A stretch of 64,000 bases of DNA from Oscillospiraceae bacterium (GTDB lineage Bacteria; Bacillota; Clostridia; Oscillospirales; Oscillospiraceae), in contig JAFUGY010000099.1 in NCBI GenBank assembly GCA_017469115.1, forward strand, positions 12,079-76,078. The letters are read 5' to 3'. Every line of letters starts with the position of its first letter. Within the stretch, counting starts at the first letter, position 1. The notes beneath the pieces are model-generated. The model was given only the letters and a program-made list of their open reading frames with translations. It did not search any database and was not told where the DNA came from. A program made the position numbers and the translations under genes. Of this stretch, positions 46,575-55,284 are shown one piece after another.

Positions 46575-46618
46575 AACAGCAGAGTTGAAGCCCAATGGAG
46601 GGTGACAGCTCTGCTGTT
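46575..46618. terminator. bidirectional terminator hairpin between csoR and ccsA
   Basis: 10-bp perfect stem aacagcagag / ctctgctgtt with a 24-nt loop, between convergent genes. Confidence 0.5.
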
Positions 46619-46639
46619 TGTTAGGTTAAGGAAGATAAT

Positions 46640-47455
46640 TCAGGCGTAGCTGTGGATCCCGGGGAGGAAGGTGTTGACGCCGAGATAGGTAAACATTACG
46701 CAGACAAAACCCACCACGGCAAAGATGGCGGCGGACTTCCCCTGCCAGCCGCGTCGAAGGCGAAGATGCAGGTAAGCTGCATAGACAAGCCATGTGACAA
46801 GAGACCAGGTTTCCTTCGGATCCCAGGACCAGTAGCTTCCCCACGCTCGTTCTGCCCAGATGGCACCGGTGACGATGGTGAAGGTCAGAAACAGAAGCCC
46901 GAGAGAAACGCTGCGGTAACTGATGACGTCCAGCTTTTCCCGGTTTGGAATATGCTGATCTAAAAAACCCTTTTCTTTCATACGGTCACGCAGGAGAAAG
47001 ATGATGGACAGCACAAAGGAAACACCGAAAGAACCGTAAGCAATGATTGCCGTTGAAACATGAAAACCCAGCCAGTTGCTGCGCAGCGCCGGCATCAGCT
47101 CATGCACCTCTTTGCTCTGCATGGCTGCGTAGCCGATGATGACGAAAACCAGCGGGGCGGCAAAAGCGCCGAGCACCGGAAAATGAAATCGCAGCACAAA
47201 AATAAGGCTGACGAGGCAGAGCCCCCAGGCAAATGAGGTTGCAAATTCATACTGGTTGGTAAGCGGGAGTCGACCGGCTCCGATGCCTCTACAGATCAGC
47301 GCGATTGTGTGGAGGACAAAACCGATAATCTGAAGCAGAATTGCCACTCTGGAAAAGGAATCGCGTTTGAAGGCAATAAATAAGAAGTAAAGGATCATTG
47401 CGGCAAAGTAGAGAAGCATAACGATGGTAGAAAGCGTGTTTTCAATCTGCAGCAT
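46640..47455 (-). CDS. ccsA: cytochrome c biogenesis (system II) heme-handling protein CcsA/ResC
   Basis: W-rich motif 'WGSYWSWDPKETWSLVTW' and 8 TM helices. The start was chosen at MLQIEN (ATG 47455) with AAAGGAG 7 nt upstream. The longest ORF reaches 47485. Confidence 0.88.
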   Translation of the reverse strand: MLQIENTLSTIVMLLYFAAMILYFLFIAFKRDSFSRVAILLQIIGFVLHTIALICRGIGAGRLPLTNQYEFATSFAWGLCLVSLIFVLRFHFPVLGAFAAPLVFVIIGYAAMQSKEVHELMPALRSNWLGFHVSTAIIAYGSFGVSFVLSIIFLLRDRMKEKGFLDQHIPNREKLDVISYRSVSLGLLFLTFTIVTGAIWAERAWGSYWSWDPKETWSLVTWLVYAAYLHLRLRRGWQGKSAAIFAVVGFVCVMFTYLGVNTFLPGIHSYA

Positions 47456-48740
47456 GGTTAATCTCCTTTCCGGCTCCGCCGGCACGGGCGGCAGCCAGGA
47501 ATTTTTCCTGAAAGAGGATCCCGCTTTTTGCGCTGCCGTGGACAGCCCAGGAGCCGGATCCTTCCTTTATGGCCCATACTTTGGCCGGCTGAACATAGAA
47601 AGCAAGCAAAAGCCCGATCACGGTTACGAAGCCACCGAGAAACGCAAGCCAGGTAAAGGAATCCTTTTTGGCCTGAATCAGGGTATAGTTCCGGGGTTCA
47701 GAAAAGATTACGGTATACTCATCAATCGTCAGCTCTTCTTCTCCTATGAGCACATTCATCCCCAGAATCTGATCCTGATAATAGACGGTATAGAGCGTTG
47801 CCGGGTTGTTGAGATGACCGGATACGGTCTTGGGGCCGCTGCCCGGAACAAAAACGTAGTCCGGATAAAAAGCGTTGAAGTAAATGACGAGGTCTGGTTT
47901 ATCGGAAATGCGCAGATATTCTCCGGCACAAAGCAGTTCAGCCTGAAGAGGTTCTCCGTTTTCTGTCACGGTTATCTGCTCTGCCCATCCGGTGGAATTC
48001 TGATAAAACTTCCATCCCAAAAGCGTTGCAGGATGGTTAACGCTGACAGTTGCACTCTGTACGGTTCCCTTTGCAGGATCGCCGACGGTGAGGTCGGCTG
48101 TGTATTGCTCCACCGTGTCATCTTCCCGAAGACCGATCCGGAAATCATCAATGGTGAGGATGAGGCCGGTGTCTCCAACAGGTTTTGTCTGCCCCGCAAT
48201 ACCGTAAACGCTTGCCTGCTGCTGCGTGATCTGACCGAGGCTGAAGCCCGCAATCAGAAACAGAATCCCGAGATGGCAAACCCAGGCACCCCACAGGCCG
48301 ATGCTGTTTTTGGAAGCATAGAGCACTTCACAGCCGTTTTCGTCCGATCCCCGGGAAGGGGACATATGGAGGTGCTGAAACACTGCGTCGGGGTCTGTGA
48401 TATCCTGTGCTGAAAATGCAGCGGTGCTGTTCTTCGGAGGGGAGGACTGGGCCTTTACCCGCTGCCGGATCTGCGGGAAGCGGATGATATTGCAAAACAG
48501 CAGATTGAGGCAGAGGAAAAGCGCAATCAGTAGAAACCACCAGCTGTGAAACGCGTCATCCAGATGCAGTGCCAAAATCAGGGCGGCAGTGCGTTCGGAA
48601 TAGTGTTGTGCATACCAGGTGTAAGACTGGCCTTGTGTGATAAAGCTTGCAGCAGAACAGGCCCCTGCCAGAATGACAAGCAGCAAAATGGCAAAACGCA
48701 TGGAAGAGAGAAACTTCCAGATCTTTTTAATGGAAGACAT
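47442..48740 (-). CDS. resB: cytochrome c biogenesis protein ResB/Ccs1
   Basis: 432 aa with 'MSSIKKIWKFLSSMRFAILLLVILAGAC', a large extracytoplasmic loop and a C-terminal TM helix. It is adjacent to ccsA. Confidence 0.78.
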   Translation of the reverse strand: MSSIKKIWKFLSSMRFAILLLVILAGACSAASFITQGQSYTWYAQHYSERTAALILALHLDDAFHSWWFLLIALFLCLNLLFCNIIRFPQIRQRVKAQSSPPKNSTAAFSAQDITDPDAVFQHLHMSPSRGSDENGCEVLYASKNSIGLWGAWVCHLGILFLIAGFSLGQITQQQASVYGIAGQTKPVGDTGLILTIDDFRIGLREDDTVEQYTADLTVGDPAKGTVQSATVSVNHPATLLGWKFYQNSTGWAEQITVTENGEPLQAELLCAGEYLRISDKPDLVIYFNAFYPDYVFVPGSGPKTVSGHLNNPATLYTVYYQDQILGMNVLIGEEELTIDEYTVIFSEPRNYTLIQAKKDSFTWLAFLGGFVTVIGLLLAFYVQPAKVWAIKEGSGSWAVHGSAKSGILFQEKFLAAARAGGAGKEINHAAD

Positions 48741-48756
48741 GGCAGCCCTCCTTTCT

Positions 48757-48799
48757 GAGAAAAATAACAGAAGAGAACAGAGAAACCTATTCTCTTCTG
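48757..48799 (-). terminator. internal terminator-like hairpin between nrfA and resB
   Basis: Minus strand reads CAGAAGAGAA-taggtttctctg-TTCTCTTCTG followed by TTATTTTTCTC, immediately before the resB SD (AAAGGAGG). Confidence 0.55.
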
Positions 48800-48879
48800 C
48801 CGAAAGAGATCTGATTTGTTTCGTGTTCTATGAGGCTAAAACACAAAAAAGGGGGTGTTTGGCAACTGAATACGATCCT

Positions 48880-50160
48880 TTATGCGCCGAGGAGAGCCAT
48901 CGCTTCTGCAATTTTTGCCTCCGAGGTATCCAGACAGGAGAAAGCGAGATCGGAGTTGTGGGCACCTTCAGAATTTTCCACATAACAGAAATCGAAGAAC
49001 CACTGTGCTTCCCGGTGCAGCTTGCGCACGGCATCAAGCTCCTCTTCATTCATCTTTCCTTCCGAAATAGCTGCTGCCAGCGTATCCTTGAGGGTGGAAA
49101 GTTTGTTCCCTACAGCAGTTTCCCGCGCCGTGACACGGCTCTGAAGGCGGTGCACCATATTCACCATGTCAGTGTCGCCGTGGCAGGTTGCACAGGTGGA
49201 GAGGAGAGTTTCATTCTCCAGAGGGCTTGCAAGATAATGGCTGTGGTAGATTGTTCCGTCATCTGCCTGCTCAATCGCCATGTGGCAGTCCGCACAGTTC
49301 AGCAAAGCGGCATGCTTGCCCTGAAGGAAGGTCTCAAATTCCGGATGCTGTGCTTTCAGCATTTTTGTGCCTGTAGCTTCCTGAATCCAGTCGTAGAAGT
49401 CGAAAGAATCGTAATAGGCAAGAATCTCTGCGGGGTTCATGCTTGCAATATCATGATATGGCATCATGGTCTCGCTGTCTTCGCGGGTGAAGTAATATTC
49501 GATATGGCACTGGCCGCAGGACATTGTGGCAGGATCGATTTCTTCAATGGTGTTGCCGAGCGCTTTGATGGCATAGGAATGGGTGACGGTGAGCTTTCCG
49601 TTGCTGCCGGCATCGTTGGCATGGCAGGTATAGCAGCTGATGTTTTCCTCCATCATTCCGAGCACTTCATCAAAGGGCATGGAGTAGATGCCGACACCCT
49701 GGTCATTCACCAGTTTTGCAAAGTTGGGAGTTTTGCAGGTCAGGCAGTTTGCTTTCGGATGCGGGCGCTGGGTCTTGGCAACATCTGCAAGGGTATACTC
49801 ATGGCCGCGGGCACTGCCGTAGTCCTTGGCAAATCCATACCCCTCGTAAATGTTGGTTAGATACGGATCCTGCTCCAGATAATCGGTTACATAGCTGTTT
49901 TTATCGTTGGCACGCATGGAAGCCACGATATACGGATAAGATTCTGCCCAGTCCTGCGCATTGACAGTGCCGTCGTTGCTTGTTGCCTCCGGAGCCTCAA
50001 GGTCTTGATAGGCAATGTCCGATCGTGTGAGTGGACCGAGAGCACCGCGGTTTTTCAGATGATACATCATGTCTCCGCCTGCAAGGCCGCTCATAAAGCC
50101 AATCGCCAGGACAAGCAGAAGAACTGCAACGATTATTTTGTTCAGTTTGATTTTTTCCAT
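48880..50160 (-). CDS. nrfA: pentaheme cytochrome c nitrite reductase (ammonia-forming) NrfA, N-terminally membrane-anchored or exported
   Basis: 426 aa with five heme motifs: CLTCK (active-site CxxCK), CYTCH, CGQCH, CADCH and CATCH. It also has 'GFAKDYGSARGHEYTLADV' and the N-terminal helix 'KIIVAVLLLVLAIGFMSGLAG'. Confidence 0.9.
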   Translation of the reverse strand: MEKIKLNKIIVAVLLLVLAIGFMSGLAGGDMMYHLKNRGALGPLTRSDIAYQDLEAPEATSNDGTVNAQDWAESYPYIVASMRANDKNSYVTDYLEQDPYLTNIYEGYGFAKDYGSARGHEYTLADVAKTQRPHPKANCLTCKTPNFAKLVNDQGVGIYSMPFDEVLGMMEENISCYTCHANDAGSNGKLTVTHSYAIKALGNTIEEIDPATMSCGQCHIEYYFTREDSETMMPYHDIASMNPAEILAYYDSFDFYDWIQEATGTKMLKAQHPEFETFLQGKHAALLNCADCHMAIEQADDGTIYHSHYLASPLENETLLSTCATCHGDTDMVNMVHRLQSRVTARETAVGNKLSTLKDTLAAAISEGKMNEEELDAVRKLHREAQWFFDFCYVENSEGAHNSDLAFSCLDTSEAKIAEAMALLGA

Positions 50161-50174
50161 CGTCCATTTCCCCC

Positions 50175-50990
50175 TTAAGTGGAAGCTTCCGGTTTTTTAA
50201 AACCGAGCGGAAGGGTAATAACCTTGGAGGGGCATTTTTCGGCGCATTTGCCGCATTGCACACAGTTTTCATAGGTGACGCGGGCGAGGTTATCGGTCAC
50301 GTGGATGGCATCGTGCTCGCATTGCCTGACGCACATCGCGCATCCGATGCACCCGGCCGTGCAAACTTTCTTGACCAGTGGCCCTTTGTCCCTGCTGGAG
50401 CACTGCACCGAAACATGTTTGCTCTCTGGGACAAGGTCAATCAGGCTGCGAGGGCATGCCTTTGCGCATAGGCCGCAGCCGACGCATTTCATGCGGTGTA
50501 CAACTGCGACTCCGTTGATTACGTGGATGGCGTCATGAGGGCAGGCAGCCACGCAGGAGCCGAATCCCAGGCAGCCAAAGCTGCATTCCGTCACAGGGAT
50601 CCCTGCGAATACGGCGCTGCGGCAGTCCTGAATGCCGACGTAGTTGCCCTGATTGTGGGTGACGTCGCAGTCTCCTTTGCACTGTACGAATGCAACCTTC
50701 CGCTCTACATCCTCTGCGGTAGTGCCCATGATGGCAGCGACTTTTGCCGCTACCGGTGCACCCCCCACAGGGCAGCCGTTTACGGGCGCTTGGCCGGAAA
50801 CGATTGCCGCAGCCATGGCATCGCAACCTGCAAAGCCGCATGCACCGCAGTTGTTGCCCGGGAGGCATTCACGCACGGCTGTCTCACGCTCATCTACTTC
50901 CACGTGGAATTTTTTCCCTGTATAGACGAGCCCATACCCTACAATAATACCGATAATGGTGATAACCAGAGTAGTGAGTAATATGATCAT
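50175..50990 (-). CDS. rnfB: Rnf complex subunit B (polyferredoxin)
   Basis: 271 aa with an N-terminal TM helix, 'LPGNNCGACGFAGCDAMAAAIV...GCPVGG' and several CxxCxxCxxxCP ferredoxin motifs. Confidence 0.9.
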   Translation of the reverse strand: MIILLTTLVITIIGIIVGYGLVYTGKKFHVEVDERETAVRECLPGNNCGACGFAGCDAMAAAIVSGQAPVNGCPVGGAPVAAKVAAIMGTTAEDVERKVAFVQCKGDCDVTHNQGNYVGIQDCRSAVFAGIPVTECSFGCLGFGSCVAACPHDAIHVINGVAVVHRMKCVGCGLCAKACPRSLIDLVPESKHVSVQCSSRDKGPLVKKVCTAGCIGCAMCVRQCEHDAIHVTDNLARVTYENCVQCGKCAEKCPSKVITLPLGFKKPEAST

Positions 50991-51003
50991 AAAGCTCCTC
51001 CTA

Positions 51004-51582
51004 TCAGAATTTCAGACTTGAGAAGCCCATGAAAGCGATGGACATCAATGCCGCGGAAATCAACACAATTGGAGCGCCGCGAAGAGGGGCGGGAATGTCC
51101 TCCTCGTGGATTCTGGAGCGGATGCTGGCGAGGAGAACAATGGCAATGGTATAACCGACTGCCGTTCCGAACCCGCTGAGAACGCTCTGGATAAAGTTAT
51201 ATCCATCCTGCACATTTGTCAGCGCAACACCGAGTACGGCGCAGTTTGTGGTGATCAGCGGGAGATAGATCCCAAGTGCCTTGTAAATGGCAGGAGAGGT
51301 TTTCTTCAGGAACATCTCGACGATCTGAACGAGAGCTGCGATAACAAGGATGAAGACGATGGTCTTCATAAAGTCCATTCCGAGAGGGGCGAGAATATAG
51401 TCATACAAAAGGTTTGCAACGGCAGAAGCGATTGTGATGACGAAGATAACGGCTACACCCAGGCTGGCAGAAGCCTTGATTTGCTTGGAAACGCCGAGGA
51501 AGGAACAGATGCCGAGGAACTGATTGAGAACAACATTGTTGATCAACGCGCTTGTGATCACGATAAGAATCAGGCTTTTCAT
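51004..51582 (-). CDS. rnfA: Rnf complex subunit A
   Basis: 192 aa with 'NNVVLNQFLGICSFLGVS' and 'LPLITTNCAVLGVAL'. Both conserved Cys are present. Confidence 0.92.
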   Translation of the reverse strand: MKSLILIVITSALINNVVLNQFLGICSFLGVSKQIKASASLGVAVIFVITIASAVANLLYDYILAPLGMDFMKTIVFILVIAALVQIVEMFLKKTSPAIYKALGIYLPLITTNCAVLGVALTNVQDGYNFIQSVLSGFGTAVGYTIAIVLLASIRSRIHEEDIPAPLRGAPIVLISAALMSIAFMGFSSLKF

Positions 51583-52268
51583 TTCTCAGCGTCTCCTTCC
51601 TCTTTTTCACATGGGGAAGCACAATTACTGCAGCAGCCGTCACATCCGCTTTCCACAAGCTTTTTCTGCCGGGTTTTGATACCAATGGCATTCATAATTG
51701 TGATGATAAAGGCAATGACGAGGAATGCTCCCGGAGGCTGAACAAAGATGCCGATGGGCGGAATGCTCTCCGGCAGAATCTGAGCTCCGAACAGCGTTCC
51801 GTTGCCGATGAGCTCACGGATGGAGCCCGCAATGGTAAGAGAAATGGTGAAGCCAAGGCCCATCCCCAGACCATCCATGGCGGAAACGCCGGGTTCATTT
51901 TTGTTGGCATAAGCTTCCGCGCGGCCGAGGATAATGCAGTTGACGACGATCAGTGGGATATAAATGCCGAGGGCTTCGTAAAGCGAGGGAAGATAAGCTT
52001 CAATCAGCAGTTCTGCTACCGTGACGAGAGAGGCCACAATCACGATGTAAGCCGGAAGACGGACTTCGTCCGGGATCGCTTTGCGCAGGATGGAAATAAC
52101 AATATTGGAGAGAATCAGAACGGCTGTGGTAGAAAGCCCCATGCCGATGCCATTGATGGCGCGGGTTGAAACGGCAAGCGTCGGGCACATGCCGAGCATC
52201 AGAATCATGGTCGGATTTTCTTTGACAATACCGTTATAGAGACGTTCCAGATATTTATTCATCTTCAC
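51579..52268 (-). CDS. rnfE: Rnf complex subunit E (with Cys-rich C-terminal tail)
   Basis: 229 aa with 'NPTMILMLGMCPTLAVST' and 'IPLIVVNCIILGRAEA'. The C-terminal tail is 'SGCDGCCSNCASPCEKEE'. Confidence 0.92.
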   Translation of the reverse strand: MKMNKYLERLYNGIVKENPTMILMLGMCPTLAVSTRAINGIGMGLSTTAVLILSNIVISILRKAIPDEVRLPAYIVIVASLVTVAELLIEAYLPSLYEALGIYIPLIVVNCIILGRAEAYANKNEPGVSAMDGLGMGLGFTISLTIAGSIRELIGNGTLFGAQILPESIPPIGIFVQPPGAFLVIAFIITIMNAIGIKTRQKKLVESGCDGCCSNCASPCEKEEGDAEK

Positions 52269-53848
52269 ATCGCTCCCTTCACAACAGAATAATAGAAGTC
52301 AAGCGCTGCGTTAACAGCATTGACGACTGCCCCGGATGTGGTGGACGCGCCGGATACGGAGTCGATTTCATTTTCAGCCGTAGAACCGCCGGTTTTGTTC
52401 AGAATAAACTGCGTCACGGTTTTCCCACTGAACTGGTCTTTAAAGGCGGGTTCGCCGGCTCGCATACCCATGCCGGGGGTTTCGTTGAGCTCAGTAAAGG
52501 AGATACCGGTAACCGTCCCGTTGCTGTCAATGCCGACGGAAAGCGTGATGTCACCGTCAAAACCGTCTCCACTTGTTACGCTGATTGCATGACCGATGAT
52601 AGATCCGGTGTCATCTTTTCCGATGACGACCTCCCGGATCATGGCACGGCCGAAGTTCGTGCCGTAAATGTCTCCGTCGAGATCTGCCAGTGCTTCTTCA
52701 ACAGCATCATCAAATTCAAAGGAAGCCGCATCCGGTAGAACGGAACGGTAGGAGGCAGCTTTGGCAGCCCGTTTCTGTGCTTCAATGGTGTCCTTCGTCA
52801 TAGCGTAGACGCCGCTGAGAGCAATGCCCGAGATGAGTGCAATCACCGTCAGCACCACAACAGGCTTCGGGATGCTGTCTTTCAGGGATTTCTTTGCTCC
52901 GGCTTCTCCGCTGCGCATTGCAATTGCCTTTCTGGTATAGGCAAATGGCTTCGGGTAGATGAACATATCAATCAGGGGCACAAACAGGTTACCGATGATA
53001 ATGGAATAACTGAAAGAGTCGGATGCGCCGCTTTTGACGCGGAAAAGCCCGCCAAGCACACCGATGATGATGCCATAGACCATTTGCCCGAGCTTGCTGA
53101 CCGGAGATGTGGCATAATCAGATGCCATAAAGAATGCTCCCATGACGACACCGCCGCCGCAGATATGAGCCAACAAATATTTTGGGTCAAATCCCTGACC
53201 GCCGAAGAGCCCCATAAAAACGGTAAAGGAGATCAGAACGGAAAAGCAGATTTCACCGTGAATGATATCCATAGCCCACAGAACAAGCCCGCCGAGGAGC
53301 ATGCAGGCAGTGGAACTGCCGATTACGTCATTCGGCACACCGAGGAACATTTTCGTAATGTTGACGGCTTTGCCCTGCATCAGCATTGCCACCGGGGTGG
53401 CGGAGGAAACGCCGTCAACTGTATAAGTCGTCATGAGGGTGCCGAATGAGATCAGCAGGAAGCACCTTGCTGCAAGAGCGGGGTTCACAAAATTTTTTCC
53501 GAGACCACCGAAACAGCATTTCACAATCAGAATTGCAAATACCGAGCCAAGGATCGGAAGAAACAGAGGAACGCTGGGGGAGAGAGTCAAAGCCAGCATC
53601 AATCCGGTGATAACTGCGCTGCCGTCCTTCCAGGTGTCCGGTTTTTTGGCAAAGCGGTCAAAGAGTAATTCCGTCAACACGGCTGCGACCACCGAACAAG
53701 CCGCAACCAGAAAAGCGTGGAATCCGTTGATGGCGATGCCTACAATGGTTGCCGGGAGCATGGAAAGAATGACGGCCCGCATGATAAACATAGTCGTCCA
53801 TCTGTCCCTTACATGAGGCACGGGCGAGATATTCAATGTTTGATTCAT
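52265..53848 (-). CDS. rnfD: fused Rnf subunits D and G
   Basis: The start at MNQTLNISP forms an ATGA overlap with the rnfC stop. The RnfD part has 'GLGKNFVNPALAAR', 'DGVSSATP' and 'MASDYATSP'. A TM helix is followed by an RnfG FMN-binding domain: 'ETPGMGMRAGEP' and 'IDSVSGASTTSGAV'. Confidence 0.88.
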   Translation of the reverse strand: MNQTLNISPVPHVRDRWTTMFIMRAVILSMLPATIVGIAINGFHAFLVAACSVVAAVLTELLFDRFAKKPDTWKDGSAVITGLMLALTLSPSVPLFLPILGSVFAILIVKCCFGGLGKNFVNPALAARCFLLISFGTLMTTYTVDGVSSATPVAMLMQGKAVNITKMFLGVPNDVIGSSTACMLLGGLVLWAMDIIHGEICFSVLISFTVFMGLFGGQGFDPKYLLAHICGGGVVMGAFFMASDYATSPVSKLGQMVYGIIIGVLGGLFRVKSGASDSFSYSIIIGNLFVPLIDMFIYPKPFAYTRKAIAMRSGEAGAKKSLKDSIPKPVVVLTVIALISGIALSGVYAMTKDTIEAQKRAAKAASYRSVLPDAASFEFDDAVEEALADLDGDIYGTNFGRAMIREVVIGKDDTGSIIGHAISVTSGDGFDGDITLSVGIDSNGTVTGISFTELNETPGMGMRAGEPAFKDQFSGKTVTQFILNKTGGSTAENEIDSVSGASTTSGAVVNAVNAALDFYYSVVKGAM

Positions 53849-55194
53849 TTCTTCCCTCCCACTGCCGCGCGCTTCTGCGCAAGTATTTCTGCTTTCGTCC
53901 GCATAAAGGTCTGTGTTAAAGGCCGCTTGGCCGGGCAGATATAGCTGCAGCAGCCGCACTGGATACACTCAAGCCCGTAGAGCTTCTTTTCATAGCGCTC
54001 CAGATCTCCTGCCTGCACGGCATCAGCCAGCATTTGCGGTAGAAGCCCCACCGGGCATACTGTTGTGCACCTTCCGCACCGCAGGCACGACGTCATGATA
54101 GACGCTGCAACCTCGCTTTGATCCACTGTCACGAGGGCGACGCCGCTGCTTGTTTTCTGAATCGGCACATCGAGGTTCGGAATCGCGATGCCCATAATCG
54201 GCCCGCCGACGATGGCTTTTTTTACAACCGCGCCTTCTTTAAGGCCGCCGGCTGCTTCGATCAATTCAGAAAAGCTCATCCCATCCCGCACGATAAAGTT
54301 ACCCGGGGTTTTCACGGCATCCCCCGTTAAGGTGAACGTATGGGTGAACAACGGTTCCAGATAGGCGACAGCACGGTCAATGGCATAAATGGTGCAGGCA
54401 TTCTGCACAATGCATCCGACCTCTGCCGGAAGCATGGAGGAGGGATAATTGATCCCGGCGACGGTTTCAATCAGCATTTTTTCCCCGCCCTGGCCGTATT
54501 TTGCTTTGGCTGCGAGCACAGAGAGTTTATCATTCCCAGCCGAAGCCTTCCGCATGGCTTCAATGGCTTCGGGCTTGTTGTCTTCAATCACGATAACGCC
54601 TTCAGCGTTCGGAAACAGGCGGAGCATTAGAGAAAGGCCTTCTGCAATGGAGTCTGCCTGGGAGCGCATCAGCTGATCCGTCCCGGTGAGATAAGGCTCA
54701 CATTCCGAACCGTTGGCAATGACATAACGGATAGCATCGGGATTTTTGGGAGAAAGCTTTACATGGGTGGGGAATCCTGCCCCGCCCAGGCCAACAATCC
54801 CGGCCTCCCGGATTCTCCGGAGAATTTCTTCTTTGCTGAGAGAAGAAATATCCTGCCTTACTCCGATGCCTTCCATGCGGGAATACTGCCCGTCATTGTC
54901 GACGACAATGCATTCAACCATCTGTCCGTTCTGTACACGGCGTTTTTCCACAGCCTTCACTTTACCCGAGCAGGAAGAGATGACATGCGCGGAAATCAAA
55001 CCATCGGCTTCTCCGATTTTCTGGCCGGCGAGAACTTCATCCCCCTTTTTTACGAGAGGTTTAGCGGGTTTGCCGATATGCTGCAAAAGGGGGAAAACCA
55101 TTTCACCTTTCGCATTCAGGACACGCAGCGGGACATCGCGTGTCAGCTCCTTGTGGCTGATCGGATGTACACCGCCGCGAAACGTGTTTTTCAC
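53845..55194 (-). CDS. rnfC: Rnf complex subunit C
   Basis: 'TFRGGVHP', 'GLGGAGFP', 'NGSECEPYLT' and two ferredoxin motifs 'CLRCGRCTTVCP' / 'CIQCGCCSYICP'. The start was chosen at GTG 55194 (AAAGGAG with 8-nt spacer). The longest ORF reaches 55203. Confidence 0.92.
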   Translation of the reverse strand: MKNTFRGGVHPISHKELTRDVPLRVLNAKGEMVFPLLQHIGKPAKPLVKKGDEVLAGQKIGEADGLISAHVISSCSGKVKAVEKRRVQNGQMVECIVVDNDGQYSRMEGIGVRQDISSLSKEEILRRIREAGIVGLGGAGFPTHVKLSPKNPDAIRYVIANGSECEPYLTGTDQLMRSQADSIAEGLSLMLRLFPNAEGVIVIEDNKPEAIEAMRKASAGNDKLSVLAAKAKYGQGGEKMLIETVAGINYPSSMLPAEVGCIVQNACTIYAIDRAVAYLEPLFTHTFTLTGDAVKTPGNFIVRDGMSFSELIEAAGGLKEGAVVKKAIVGGPIMGIAIPNLDVPIQKTSSGVALVTVDQSEVAASIMTSCLRCGRCTTVCPVGLLPQMLADAVQAGDLERYEKKLYGLECIQCGCCSYICPAKRPLTQTFMRTKAEILAQKRAAVGGKK

Positions 55195-55255
55195 GAACCT
55201 CACTCCTTTCAGAGATTTAAGAGAACTGCAGGTGAGAGAAACAGCAGTTTTGTCT

Positions 55256-55284
55256 ATTTTAACAAAGGCAGTGTGGTTTGTAAA
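55256..55284 (-). promoter_or_regulatory. sigma-A-type promoter of the rnf-nrfA operon
   Basis: Minus strand reads TTTACA - 17 nt - TAAAAT, about 60 nt upstream of the rnfC start. Confidence 0.5.

Noticed and set aside
48637-49860. 407-aa plus-strand ORF. Similar long antisense ORFs are 47424-48413, 56839-57876, 27677-28609, 9209-10195, 14798-15739, 16628-17602 and 6043-6711.
   Set aside because: Each lies opposite a gene with unambiguous family signatures (nrfA, resB, the FMN-bind-like protein, the YczE-like protein, the SBP, leuC, leuA, the ABC ATPase). None has an SD or conserved motifs.
46640-55203. NrfH, NrfB or NrfCD partner for NrfA within the operon.
   Set aside because: I looked for a ~150-aa ORF with a TM helix and four CxxCH motifs, or a polyferredoxin/NrfD-like membrane protein, next to nrfA. 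The spacers (14 nt and 139 nt) and the overlapping small ORFs (for example 49997-50272) contain nothing of the kind.
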